DNA of 64,000 nucleotides, from contig NC_086097.1 of NCBI RefSeq assembly GCF_963921235.1, positions 77,564,001 through 77,628,000 on the forward strand, given 5' to 3'. Made by a program: the position numbers and the translations under genes. Of this stretch, positions 23,996-37,406 are shown piece after piece; the first letter of the stretch is position 1, and each line of letters opens with the position of its first letter. The notes beneath the pieces are model-generated. The model was not told the origin of the DNA and made no database searches. It saw nothing but the letters and a program-made list of their open reading frames with translations. The stretch is from Mobula hypostoma. Lineage: Eukaryota.

Positions 23996-25789
23996 AAAAG
24001 AGTATGAAAGCGTACTTGTCCTCACAGAGTCAGGCAGGGATGTGCGCTAGATGTGTGCATGGAGCCAGGGCTGGAGTGCTTGTGCTTCAGTTTGTTAATT
24101 AATTTCAGATAATTGACACTGTAATGAAAGTTCAGTACTTGTGATACATTGAACCCTCATTGCCATTGAGGATCTGAGCACAGACTTCTCACAAGTAACA
24201 AAAACAAACATGGATACCACCAAGGCCACATGGATATAACAACTTGTCTGTGAGGAAGTTTCAGTTGGTTGCATATTATTTGTTATCTTTGGGTTGAGTT
24301 GTTCTCCAATTCTGGCAATCCATTTGCAAACATTTCATCACCATATGAGAAGACGTCATCATATGCTATTCACTTGTTATCTGCAGGAAACTCATGCCCT
24401 CACATATGGATAAGGTACAATTACCTACGGGAAGTAAGAGGAATTGAAACCTATAAATAAAATAATGGTAGGGCATTTCTAGTTTGCATTGAGTTCTCCA
24501 TTATGTTTTGCCACTGATTCTGAATCTCATGTACTGTATTTATTGCTTTACAGCAGCAGGAAATGTTTGTTTTGGGTTGGAGAGAAAATTCTGTTGGCAG
24601 ACTTGGTGATATACTAATTAATTGTGGGCCTGTCAGTGCCACGTGCATTACTCAATCAAAGCTATGGGGACGGTGTCCCTTTTTCCAGTGCTCAGCATGA
24701 AAATTATATATTTTGACCTTTAAGAAGTCAAAGTCATTATCACAGTTGACATCTCCTCTCTCCCGTCTAATTGTAAGGCCAGATAAAGAGATCTCAGATG
24801 CAATAGAAAACTGAAGATAAAGAACGCAAGTTTATGCTCTTGTAACAAGCAATTCCTTTAGTCTGCAAGTTAATGCATGATTGTGATTGAGAGAATGAAA
24901 TAATCCCTGCGAGTGAATTGAAAACGTTCAAGTCTATATTGGAAGATTTCAAACCTGCAATAAGCATTCAAAGGTCACAATATGTGGTGGAGTGTTAAAG
25001 AAGGCAATAGACATATTTGAGTCTATAACATTTCAAAATTCAATAAATTGTAACTTCATTAAGAAATAACATTTGGAAATATATTCTATCTGACACTTCA
25101 TGATTTGTGAAACTTGTTCCAAGTTTCTTTAGGAAGGCTATGCCAGAAATCAGTACTGCAGACAAATCTACTTTATCCATTTTACAGCTGCATTGGACAT
25201 TGACCAAATAATGACATAAACCATGACAGAACTCCTTATAAGAACTTCCACAACTCTAATTGACAGAGTAGGTGGATTGGAGTAGGATTATCCCAGAGGT
25301 TACACCCCTCTTATGTTCAGCACCATCTGAGCTATCTCCTGCCTCCCCCGGGATGAATCACGGAACCCAATAATCAGACTTCTCTTAGGAAATTACAGGG
25401 TACCCGAGAGAGCGTTTCACAATGATTGTATCGGAAAGTTGCGTAAAACTTGAAGAACGTGGCTACTTGCTCTTTTAGCCTCAAGTATTATTAGCCAAAC
25501 TGCAGTTAGAGCATACACTTTTTGCATGATAATACAGCCAGATCTTCAGTCCTGATGAGGTTACAGTGGTAATTATCATGAATATTAATTATGGACCAAT
25601 AACATGCAGCATACTGGATATTAACAGGATATACTTCAAACTTTATTCTGAAATAAAAGAACTAAGGTTAAATATAAATGAAATGAAATAGTACAATAGA
25701 AAATGACAAAAAACAAAAATTTTAAAAATTAAGCAGAATAAATGAAAGATTTGTTTCATTAAACGACACTAAAGACAGAAATGATCATT

Positions 25790-26159
25790 GATCATCATGT
25801 GGACACCATTGTCTCTAGTTCCTCAAGAGGCTAAAGAAATTCGGCATGTCCCTTTGACCCTCACCAATTTTTATCCATGAACCATAGATAGCATTCTATC
25901 TAGATACATAATGGCTTGGTCTAGCAACAGCTCTGCCCCGAAACCTTAAGAAACTACAGGGAGTTGTGGACACAGCTGAACACATCATATTTTTGGTGGG
26001 CTCACAACTTATTGCCGCTTGCACTGCACTTTTTCTATTATAGTACCGTTTTATTCTGCACTCTATTGTTGATATTCCTTATATTACCTTAACAAACTGA
26101 TGTGATGAAAGTGAACTCTCTACATGGCATGCAAAATAAAGTTCTTCCTGTACATCAGT
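25790..26159 (+). mobile_element. Old Rex1/Babar-type LINE 3' remnant (target of the RTE insertion)
   Basis: FLKRLKKFGMS..TLTNFY...IDSILS..I.AW motif, followed by a 3' UTR-like segment. Confidence 0.6.
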
Positions 26160-29100
26160 CATCATCATCATCAGGTTCCATGCCCAGATTGAGCTTTGAC
26201 GGCCATGGCCCACACACTCCTGTTTCGGGTCAAGTGGATCAATTCATTGGTATTCATTTCCAGTTCTCTGGCTGCTGTCTCCATCGTCATTTGTCTTTGC
26301 CTTCCTCTTGCTTTCTTCTCTTCAATCTTTCCCATAATAACCTTGCATTCTAACTCCTCTTTCCTAATCATATGTCCAATGAAGTTATGTTGCCTTTTCA
26401 TGATCTCATACATTATTTCTCTTTTTGTGCTTGCTCTGTTCATGACATCCTCGTTAGACATTCATCTCGTCCATGATATTCTTTACATCCTCCTCAAAAA
26501 CCACATCTCTGCTGCTTCAATTCGTTTCCTCATGTTACTAGATATTGTCCAACATTCTGAGCCATATAACATAACTGGATAAACGTAACATTTCAATACT
26601 CTGAGGTGGGTTGTCATGCCTAGTTTAGTATTGGTCAGTATACTCTTCATTCTCGTAAAGGTGTCTTTTGTCATCTCTATTCTTCTTTTGATGTCCACGT
26701 CGCACCTTCCATCTGATGTCAACCAGCTTCCTAAGCAGCAAAAGTTCTGTTCTTGTTTTATGTCTTCCCCATTTATTCTCAGCCTGCAGATAGGATTATC
26801 CATCTTTTTGGATATCACCATATATTCTGTCTTTTTGTAATTGATAGATAGACCCATTTTTGCACTTTCTTCAACAATTATATCAATTAACTTTTGCAGT
26901 TCTTCCTCTGTACTTGCAAATAGCACGGTGTCATCCGCATATCTGAAATTATTGATGTTTTCACCGCCAACTTTGATTTCCAAGATGTCTCTTATTTTTT
27001 GTAATATTGTTTCACTGTACACATTGAACAAATCAGGGGAGAAAACAAACCCTTGTCTAATGCCTCTCTTGATTTTCATAAACTGACTCACTTCTCCATC
27101 TATTCTTACAGCGGCAGTTTGTTCCCAGTACAGATTTCTGATTAGGCGGAGGTCTTTTGAATCTAGCTCTAGAGTTTCCTGTAGTATTTCAAATAATTTA
27201 TTGTGCCTCACTTTACCAAATGTTTTTGTGTAGTCGATAAAACAAACAAACAAATCTCTTTGCACTTGAATAGCTCGTTCTGGTAGTATCCTGAACATCA
27301 ATATTGTGTTTCTTGTACCTTTGTCTTTCACAAAAGCACATTGTTCTTTACCTATTTCAGCTTGTATCTTACTTTTAGCTCTTGTCATCAAAATTCTTTG
27401 AAGTATCTTAGTGATATGACTCATTAAACTTATAGTCCTATGTAATTCACATTCTATTGCTCCAGGTTTCTTAGGAAGAGTGATAAATACTGATTTTTTC
27501 ATCTCTTCTGGTATTATTCTTGTCTCATAAATGTCATTGATTAAATCAGTAAGTTTTTCAATTCCATAATCTTCAAGGGCAATAGTTTGTTCTATTACCA
27601 ATTCATCAGGACCTGCTGCCTTTCCTTTCTTCATCTTATTTATAGCATTACGAACCTCAGATTTTAAAATGTTTGGACCTTCAATATCCTTCTTAATTTC
27701 TGGTTTTTCACCTCGATTGTCTTTAAACAATTCCTGAATATACTCAGTCCATCTGTTCATAATTTCATCTTTTTCCATGATGATGGTACCATCCTTTGCT
27801 TTCAAACATCCACCTGAAGAACAGAGGAGCTTTTTACCAGTGATATTCTTGATTTGTTGATGTAACCTATTTGGATCAGTAATAGGGATTCTTTCTATTT
27901 GCTCACATTCCTGGTTTAACCATTCTTCTTTGGCTTTATAACATAGGCTTTTAACTTTTTTATCTATGGACTTATATTCTATATGATTTTCTTTCTTCAG
28001 TCTCCTTTCTTCCATTAGATTTTTGATTTCATCGGTCATCCATTTATTCTTTGTGCTTTTTTTCTTTTTTAGGAATCACTGACTTTGCTGATTCTACCAA
28101 GGCAACTTTCAGAGAGTTAAACTTCATTTCTACATGATTGCTAACATCTTCAACAGATTCTATTTCTGGACTTTGAAATCTATTCCTTACTTCAATTGTA
28201 AATTTTTGTCTTAAGTTTTCTTTTTCAATTAATTGCAAGTAGTCAAGGGATTGTTCAGGTTTTTGCTCCTTTAGTTTTTAAAGTTTTACTTTTACATGAC
28301 ATACTACTGGTCACGATTACAGTCTGCACCTGGATATGTTTTGCATTGAGTCACTGAGTTTCTAAATCTTTGGTTTATAGTAATAAAGTCAATTTGATTT
28401 CTAGTGTTATCACCTGGAGTTTTCCAGGTCCACAAGTGTCTTGGATGGCTTTTAAAGTAGGTATTCATAAAGACCTGATTATTCATCTTGCATCATTCTA
28501 CCCATTTCTCGCCTCTTTCATTTCTTTCCCCTAGTCCAAATTTTCTTATGGTATTTCCATCAGCACCTTGTCCTACTTTAGCATTTAGATCTCCCATGAC
28601 AATAACCATATCTTGAGATTTGCATCCATTCTTTGCTTGTTCAAGCTTTTCATAGAATTTATCTATATCCTCATTTTTTCCATCTGTTGTTGGTGCATAT
28701 GCCTGTATAATTGCTAAATCAAATGGTTATCCTCTGAACTAACAAGAAGCACTCTTTCTGATATTGCCCTATATCCTAAAACACTTTTTGCCATGTTTTC
28801 ATCCATAAGAATTCCTACTCCGTTAGTATGGGATGTTCCACAAGAATAAATTAGTGTTTTATTTCTATTCTGACATGTTCCAGCACCTGTCCAACGAACT
28901 TCGCTAATTCCCATGATGTTAATTTTTAGTCTTTCCATTTCATTTAGCACATTGTCCAATTTTTCTGCTTGATATAGGGTTCTTACATTCCAAGTGGCAA
29001 TAATTTTCTTTTGTGTTACTTGATTTTTATGAGCTGTAGCTTGATGACGGTCAGGGATCCCCTGCTGCCCAGAATCAACGCTACCGAGCGAAGCATCTTC

Positions 29101-29538
29101 AGAATTGTCTTGAAGATCCTCTTGATGCTGTTGTTGTGTGATACATTTTGTGAGTTTGACCATGGTTTTCTTAGCAAACAGAATCTAGGAAACCTAGTAT
29201 CTAGCAACGGTGGTTTCTATTGGTGCCTTCTGTTGGCGAACTGAAGAAATCGCCATTTCTCTTCCCAAATGTTCATCTGCCTGTACAATAGCCATTGTCA
29301 ATTGAGGTTGTAGCTCATCTGCCTTCTCCGTCACAAGTTCAGTTACTGGACCTACCAGACTTGCTGTTGGCCTTCGCTCATATCCTGAGCAGGAACCCTT
29401 GCAGGTGCTACCGTTCCGGGTCAGAGCTGCCCTGGGAGCAATGAATGACTAAGGGGTAACTCCACTTTCTCCAAAGCTCTGATAGTCCCCAGTCAGAGCC
29501 TCATCACCGGTTGCAGTTTAGAGTCATGCCCAGGACAA
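26160..29538 (-). mobile_element. Full-length RTE-clade LINE (3379 bp) with 11-bp TSD
   Basis: TSD tgtacatcagt at 26149-59 and 29539-49; (GAT)n tail at 26160-72; single APE-RT reading region and a leader of about 375 nt. Confidence 0.93.
26171..29163 (-). pseudogene. RTE APE endonuclease-reverse transcriptase, broken by a few frameshifts and stops (518-aa RT block intact at 26483-28039)
   Basis: IATWNVRTL, GISEVRWTG, GVGI, VMGDLNAKVG, NQIDFI; KAAGPD, CFIDYTK.F, GIRQG..FSP.LFN, NNFRYADD, MLYGSECWT. Confidence 0.92.
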
Positions 29539-30412
29539 TGTACATCAGTACATGTAACAATAAAAAAACCAGCTTACCATTGCCACCACCCATGAAATCT
29601 CTCTGTAAAATTATTTGACAAATAATTGCATACAACATCCAAAAATATCACTTAGTAGTGTAGCAAAGAAGTTAGTAAGTTGTTAAGGTTGATAATTTTG
29701 AATAAAATCTTTTGCAGAATTTTCCAGATTATTTTTGATCTTATTTCTTTACAGAAAATTAATTTCAGATTGGCGAACTTGCTGCAAAATTATGACCATT
29801 TTGTACACACTGTTACAAATTAACATGTTGTACTGATAATATGTCTGATTGTAACTGTTAGTTGCTGCAAGAATGTCAATTTTACTGATCTGTCCAATTC
29901 AATCTGGTTAATCTTTGAAGAAACAAGTGGAAAAACACACTGGCCCATTTACCCCAAGTGAAACTATCTCCATGGTACCTCCATGGCCATACATAACTGG
30001 ACCAAATACCAGTTTTGCAGGCTTCAGCTTGCTGGATATCAGCAGCATGGTCTGAATGGCATCAGGATCTCTGGTGGTGCACTGAGTAGATTTCTCCAAC
30101 AATCCCATTCCAAAACTGCCCCGGCAAGATATGCGACCCCAACTTTGCTGGCTGTAAAAGCAGAAATTGATTTTTTTTTCTAAACTGCTAGTCAATGTGA
30201 TTTTCTGACATACAATTTAAAGTGAAATATAGAACTAAATTTAAATTTAATATCACTTTAAGTGAATTGGTTAAACATCTAGAAAGGTGAGGAGGGTAAA
30301 GGTAAAATTTCTATAAATGTGTGTCAGGCAGCGTGATGAATCAAATGCAGTGGAGAGGTTATGCTTAAATTCAAGTTCAATTGTTCAGTTGTCATTCAGC
30401 CATTCATGTGTA

Positions 30413-30950
30413 TTAGATTAGATTAGATTATGAGGAGACGCAATCCTCTTTTAATGTCATTTAGTAATGCATGCATTAAGAAATGATACAATATTCCTCT
30501 GGTGTGATATCACAGAAACACAGGACAGACCAAGACTGAAAAACTGACAAAAACCACATAATTATAACATATAGTTACAACAGTGCAAGCAATACTGTAA
30601 CTTGATGAAGAACAGGCCATGGGCACAGTAAAAAAATTCAAAGTCTCTCGAAAGTCCCACATCTCACACAGATGGGAGAAGGAAGAAAACTCTCCCTGCC
30701 ATGCCCGACCACAGTCCGACTCTGAGTCGTCCAAAAACTTCGAGCCTCCAGCCAGCCCTCCGACACCGAGCACCGAGCACCATCTCTGCCGAACACTTTG
30801 ACCCCAGCCCCGGCCGCCAGCAGCAGGCAAAGCCGAGAATTTGGGGCCTTCCCTCCGGAGATTCTAGATTGCACAGTAGCAGCGGTAGCGAACCGGGCAT
30901 TTCAGAAGTTTCTCGAGATGTTCCTCCGCGCTTCTCATGGCTGTCTCCAT
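30413..30950 (-). mobile_element. Non-coding 3' portion of a LINE-derived element with (TCTAA)n tail
   Basis: (ATTAG)n microsatellite at 30412-30430 followed by a CpG-rich, non-coding block. Family uncertain. Confidence 0.5.
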
Positions 30951-31029
30951 CAACTATACAACTAAACAAAACCGTGTTCATCCGGGATTATGCAACACAA
31001 ACAAAATGCTGGAGGGTCTGTGTAAGGAA

Positions 31030-31400
31030 AAGAACCGCCAACATTTGGATCAAAACCTCGCCTGACTTCCACAGCCGCTTATACTACAGATGTTCTCCAC
31101 TGTCTCTTATGAAGATGTCATTTATTTCTCTAAGGTTCTCCGTCTCCTCTGTATCTGCTCTCAGAAAGAAGCTTTCTGTTCCAGAACATCTGAAATTCCT
31201 CCTTTTTCAGAAAGAGTTGTTTCTCTTCTGATGTAGTTGATGGGAGCCTGAACTCACATCTCCTCTGTTTCTTATATCACTACTGTTACACCACCTCCTC
31301 CGTATGGTTTTGTCGCGAATCATTGACAATTCCTTTCCTCCCACATCTATTGCTCTACATATTGAGCTCTTCCAGAAGATTGGCTGTCGTTCCTACTCCA
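31030..31400 (+). mobile_element. Degenerate Penelope internal fragment (RT C-terminal region)
   Basis: Alignable by eye to the reverse complement of 47990-48230 (D.HS.L.Y...FS..LRL..ICS). Confidence 0.55.
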
Positions 31401-31569
31401 TAATCAATCTAATCCTTTCCTCCAACACAGCCCATAACCCATAGCCCATCTGCAGACTTTTGTATCTCCATTTGACTGACTTGATGTAGGGAAGACCTCT
31501 AGGTATAGAGCAAGGTCACACTGTAAGATATTTAGGAGAAACTATGACGCTATAACAAAATGAAAACCA

Positions 31570-31700
31570 TAAAAAAGTAGCAAATGCTGGAAATCTGAAA
31601 TACAAAGAGAAATATGAGAAACATTCAGCAGGAAGCAACATCTGTAAGAAGAAAATCAGTTAATGTTTCAATTCTGGGGTCCTTCATCAGAACTAGGGGA
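31570..31700 (-). mobile_element. Penelope terminus with hammerhead motif (31658-31694)
   Basis: Minus strand reads agtt-CTGATGA-agg..-GAAA-CATT-aact, with stem I agtt/aact. Confidence 0.65.
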
Positions 31701-31739
31701 GAAAACAAGTTAGTTATGGTCATCTGGTCTTACTTTTAG

Positions 31740-32005
31740 AATATAGAAGATAAGGCAGTACACCACAACGTGACACACGATATTGAGTTCACCTAATAAA
31801 CCTACTCCACAATCAATCTAATCCTTTCCTTCAACACAGTCCATAACCCTCAATTTTTCTGTCCATACGTGTGTTTATCTAGGGCTCTCTTAAATATTCC
31901 TATTGTATTCGCCTCTGTCACCAACTCCAGCAGTGTGTTCCAGGCATCCACCACTCTCTGTGTAAAAAAAACCTACCCTGACATCTCCCCTAAACTTTCC
32001 TCCAA
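31740..32005 (-). mobile_element. CR1 LINE 3' end
   Basis: ccataaccctc...tcttaaat...ttccaggcatccaccactctctgtgtaaaaaaa, the reverse complement of FFTQRVV..WN. Confidence 0.7.
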
Positions 32006-32033
32006 AACTGATGCTTTGGTTAGCAGAGAGAGG

Positions 32034-33312
32034 AAGTCAAGTCAAGTCAATTCAAATTTATTTATATAGCATATTTAAAAACAACCCACGTTGACCAAGG
32101 TGCTGTACAGATCAGAGCAAATAGCTAAAATCACAAATACAAGAAACACAGACACAACCAACAAGGCAAACAGCTTATAGGCACAAAAGAAACAGCACAA
32201 AGGCCCAGGCACAAGCCAAAAATCAACCACATCAGAAGGATTCAAAGGCTAGTGAATAAAAGTTAGTTTTGAGCCTGGATTTAAAAGAGTCGATGGAGGA
32301 GGCAGATCTGATAGGGAGGGGAATGCTGTTCCACAGTCTAGGGGCTACAACAGCAAAGGTGCGGTCACCCCTGAGCTTAAGTTTAGATCGCGGGACAGCC
32401 AGGAAACCCAAGTCAGCCGACCTGAGGGACCTGGAAGTAGAATAAGGGGTTAGAAGGTCTGTGATATAAGCGGGGGTGGGGGGGGGAGCCCATTTAGGGC
32501 TTTATAAACAAACAGGAGAATCTTAAAATTAATTCTGAACCGTACTGGCAGCTAGAGGAGGGAGGCCAGGATAGGAGTAATATGGTCCCTCTTCCAGGCA
32601 CCTGTCAGGAGCCTGGCTGCGGCATTCTGGACCAGTTGCAGGCGGGACAGGGACGACTGACTAATCCCAGTGTACAGGGAGTTGGAGTAGTCCAAGCAGG
32701 AGGATATAAGGGCATGGATGACTTTCTCAAGATCTTTGAAGCAGACAAACTGCTTGATTTTGGCAATAGTACAAAGCTGGAAAAAACTGGCTTTTACTAC
32801 TGTATTAACTTGCTTGTCAAACTTAAAGGTGGAATCAAATATCACACGAAGGAATTTAACATGGGGTTTGACAAGGGTGGACAAGTTACCAAGACTGTTG
32901 GTAATCACTTTGATGGAGTCAGGGGGGCCAAATAGGACAACTTCAGACTTGTCTTCATTCAGCTGTAAGAAGTTTTGTGCCATCCAACACTTCATGTCCT
33001 CAAGGCAATTCAAGAGGTTGGCTAGTTTTGACTGGTCGTTTGGTTTCAGGGGGAGATAAAGCTGTGTGTCTTCAGCATAACAGTGGAAAGAAATGTCACA
33101 TTTTTGAATGATTTGGCTGAGGGGAAGCATATATATATAAAGAAAAGAATGGGACCTAGGATGGAACCTTGTGGGACCCCGCAGGAGAGATTAGCTGGGG
33201 GAGAAGAGAATTTTCCTACGTTGACAGGGAAGCTTCTATTTTTGAGGTAGGATATAAACCAGTTCAAGGCAGTGCCATCAACACCAACCCTGTACTGGAG
33301 ACGGTCTATTAA
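32034..33312 (-). mobile_element. 5'-truncated L2-clade LINE (RT C-terminal half and 3' UTR)
   Basis: GVPQGSILGPILF, FHCYAEDTQLY, WMAQNFLQLNEDKSEV, LDYSNSL, LQLVQNAAARLL..RDHITPILASL; (TTGAC)n tail at 32034-50. Confidence 0.9.
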
Positions 33313-33924
33313 AGTGGAAGGGGAGGGGTGGGTAGGACTGAGGGAGTATCTCTGGTAGTGTGAGACCAGATCACCTAATATGCCATTTAAGGAGCAATTA
33401 AATTCAGTTTAAGTAACTTTTATCTGTATAATGTATTGATAATGGCAAAAAAAAACTTTGCTAACATCATGGCAGATATAAATGATTAAATCTAATACAG
33501 ACAGAAAGGAAGAATGAGTTACATAAAGCTTGAAAGTTGAATATTGAGTTTTTCAGGCTGCCATGTGCCCTGACAGAGATGGGGTTCTGTTCCTCCAGCT
33601 TGTATTAAGCCTCATTGTTGAAATGTGCAGCAGCATAGAGCAGAGTCAAAGCAGAAAGATGATGGGAATTCATGAAAGATCAAGCCTTGCACCTCTTAAG
33701 ATTGTAGGGGACAGAAGAAGAGACCCAGAAGTCGTGAAAGGTATAGACCCTTTGAAATGCTGGAAGGTTGGAGGGTGAAAGAGTGGAGAGGGATGGAATC
33801 TTGTTGGAGAAGATGGAAGTTGTTACAGATGATCAGTGAATGCAGAGTGTTGGGATTGAAGACCAATGAATCTCTATTCTACTTCTAGAGAAGGGGTGAG
33901 AGCAGAGACGTTGGAAATAGATGT

Positions 33925-34135
33925 CCAGAGAATGCTTAAACAGAGAGTAGTGAACTTATGGAATTCATGAGCCCAAAGCTTTTAGAGACCAAGGCACTGA
34001 ATACTTTAAAGAAGGAGATGATTGTGTTTTTAGATGCATCAAATGTCAAAGTGTAATGAGAGAGATGAATAGCCATGTCATGTTAAATGGCCAAGCAGGA
34101 TTGCAGAGTCTGTTCTTATTCCTGATTTCTAATTA
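33925..34135 (+). mobile_element. Degenerate CR1 3' end
   Basis: cagagagtagtgaacttatggaattc...tttaaagaaggagatgat motif. Confidence 0.55.
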
Positions 34136-37100
34136 TTTGTGTAAGTACTGTATGGTATGAACTATCAAGAACTGAGGATGGAAATAATCCAGAAAGAGGA
34201 GAAAGACTGGGGAGGGTATGATGAAGAGGGGAAGATACTAAGGAACTTATTAGGGAACTGTTCTTGGAACTCATGAACTCCATGACATGTCCCACTGCAG
34301 ACTGCAGCTCACTCTGAAATTTGTTAGTCCTTGCACTGAGAGATGCCAACAATTGAATGCGGAACCACAGGCAAAGCCCTGCATCATTTCCAATAGTCTG
34401 GTAAGAGCATTGAGGTTTACAGAGAACACTCTTGAGATACCCTGTAATGTGAATGCATTAAAGAAACCCATCAGACTTGATGCCAAGGTAAGCATCTATG
34501 ATTGACTGCTGAGATGTCTGACCTTCACTTAATGAATGATGTAACCTTAATCAAACAACACTGGTATTTGAATTATGTTATGCTCATCACAAGCAACTCT
34601 CTTCAATAATTCTGGAAGTGCATTTGCTATTCATTTTGAAGTCTTTCTGGCATGAAATGAGAACTTTTAATTGACTCCCATATCATCAGAAGACTGCTTA
34701 GTACGAACTTGTTATTTAGATTGAAATATTTTTCACTTTGCTGCCCTCAGGTACACTGAGAATAAGTCAATAACTGCACATGCATCTGCCAGAAACCCCT
34801 GTACTGAGACCATTAATCAGAAAGCTTTGCTAATTGGAAAATGTTGATTTCTGAGCTATTAAACTGCCTATGCCTGATGTTTATTCATAGAAAGAATAAA
34901 TGAAACTACACAAGAGCACTAAGAAAACAAACACCTTTCTGAACCAGAGCAAACATGGTAGGTCACAGTTTCACCCTCGGGGCAATGGGCAACTTTACAG
35001 GTAGTGTTAGATTTTGGTAACATTCTTCTTGAACTCTAATTAAATATCAGAAAGAGCATGGGAGTGGGCATTTTTTTGCAAGTTTCTTACATTTGAACTC
35101 CTGTCTGTTACATTAAGTGTGAAGTACAGAAATTGATCACACAAGAACTCCTGCAGATAATGGAAATCCAGATCAACGCACATTTTTAGAGGAACTCAGT
35201 AGGCCAGGCAGCATCTATGGAGGGAAATGTACAGTCACCAGTTTGGGCTGAAACCCAGCTGATCTTTACCAGGGTTTATTTTCCAGCAGAACTTCCCCTG
35301 ACTCTTCTTCATCCAAATTTAACAACAGTTCCTTTCAGTTATTTTCTCTCATGAAATAATACAAATTTCCCTTTAAACCATTTATTCTTTGCAACAACTC
35401 CTTGTATTAATGCTTTTTCTACTTTATCCTGTGTTCGAATAAGGACTATCTCCTAAATTTCCTTTTAGATTTATGAGTATATGATTATGCAACATATATG
35501 ACCATTGCAAGTAAAAACATTTTCTCAACTTTATCCTATGATGCTCTTCCATAATCATATAATTCCCCACTCAAGCCTTTTTGTTATCCTTGGAGACTAG
35601 GTGACTGCAGTTCACCCTTTCATCACTGAGGGATGTTTCTCAATTCTGCCCTGGTGCCTCTTTCTCCTCTTTGTAATGGGCTGACTAGAACCATGTTTGC
35701 ACAGCCCACCAAGTATGGTCCTTCCAAGGTCCTATATAAATTAAACATAACTTCTTTACTAGGTTAGTTTACTTGGATTCAGTTGATTTAAGTACTTAGC
35801 ATTAATACAAATACTGTACATTGTATTTACCCAACACTCCACAGCTTCCTTACAACACCATTATCTCATTATTTTTGTGCAACTCATGATTGTATACAAG
35901 ACTGGTTCAAACTGATTGTACACCAGTAATGCATGAGGAACCTATTTCTGTAACAAGCTAAAACAAGGTGCCCTCTCTTCAGCTGTATTAGTATTGGTAT
36001 GTTCTCTGTTTTTTCTGGGGAAAAAATAAAGGCAAAGGCAAAAAGCCATCTGAAATTAATTTACAGACAAAACACTACAGATACTGGAAATCTGAAAAAA
36101 AATCAGAAAATACTGGAAGTGGTCACTAAATCAGGCAATTATGCACAGAAAAAGGAACAGTGTAACCATTTCAAGCCCATGAAGAACTGTTGACCTGATA
36201 TGTTAACTCTGTTTCTCTCTCCTTAGGTCTGTTTGTTCTAGCTTACTTTGGCTCTGGATTAAATTTTTTCAGAGCGTCACTGTTAATACTACATGCTTTG
36301 TAAACTATGCTCTTAAATAACTTGATCAACAATTTACTTTTGATGATCCTTTTTCTTTTTCTTGAGATTGGGATGAACACTGATTGGTCTAACTTCAGAA
36401 TTCATCATCTGTTATTTACCGACTGAGTGTATTACAAGATTAAAAAAAATGTAGCCTCACAAGCACCAAAGGAAGGTCTGAACTTTGGCAAGAGCCATTA
36501 TTATATTCCCAGAAAACCTATAAATCAGCGTGATGCGGTCTTATCATTGCTATGCTTTTGAAAAACAAAACAGTGCAGTCTTAACTCAGCTTCTATCAGT
36601 CCTTGGGACCACAGCACCTGGATTTTCCTAGTTTATTGTTAATTGACACTCTCATTCTGAGAGCCCCAAGTTTTTAGTTCATGTAGGAAACTGAGTGATG
36701 TGTCACTGATGGAGTAGCTGATAGAAATCTGATGTTGGAAGTGATATACACTTGAGTCACACACGATCGAGCCTTATTCTGCAGTTGGCCATACAATACC
36801 TGAAGTGTTCCTCATCACCCACAAGTTTTATTTTGAGGAGCTCAAAAAACAACGTGGCAAAAACATGCCAAATCTGGCAATATTTCTTTTAATTTTGTAC
36901 TCAGTCCTTTGTCTCGAACAGTGTTGTCATCAGGAGAGTTGAACTTGAACAGGAGAAAGAAACCCAATATGAAATGAGTTGGCTCATCAGACTGACACCT
37001 AGAACGTGTCACTGTTGGCTCTGCACACTTCAACATTCTGAGAGAAGCAAACAACCACAAGTTATCATAGTCTAAATTTTGCAGTGATGGCTAAAAATAC

Positions 37101-37406
37101 TGCTGCCATTTTAAGCTGGAGTTACCCTTTGCACATTTAATGTCAGTGATATTTCACAATGCAAATTGCACTACTCTGGAGATGAAAAGACAGTGCTACT
37201 GTGGGCCGTTAGACAATAGGACAACTTTCATAGATTTTCTTAAAGAACTATACTAAAAGATTCTGCCAGTTCTGTTCAAATTAGATTTTTTAAAAATCAT
37301 TTATTGATGTCACTGGCAAGATCATTGTTTATTATCCCTGAGAAAGTGGTAGAAACTCACGTTCTTTAAATGATGTAATTTGTGCAGTGAAGGTGTAAAT
37401 CTACAG

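Noticed and set aside
29465..29510. Hammerhead in the RTE leader (minus strand gTGATGA-hairpin-...GAAA)
   Set aside because: The core C is missing and extra nucleotides separate the hairpin from GAAA. No stem I, stem III or NUH site could be drawn.
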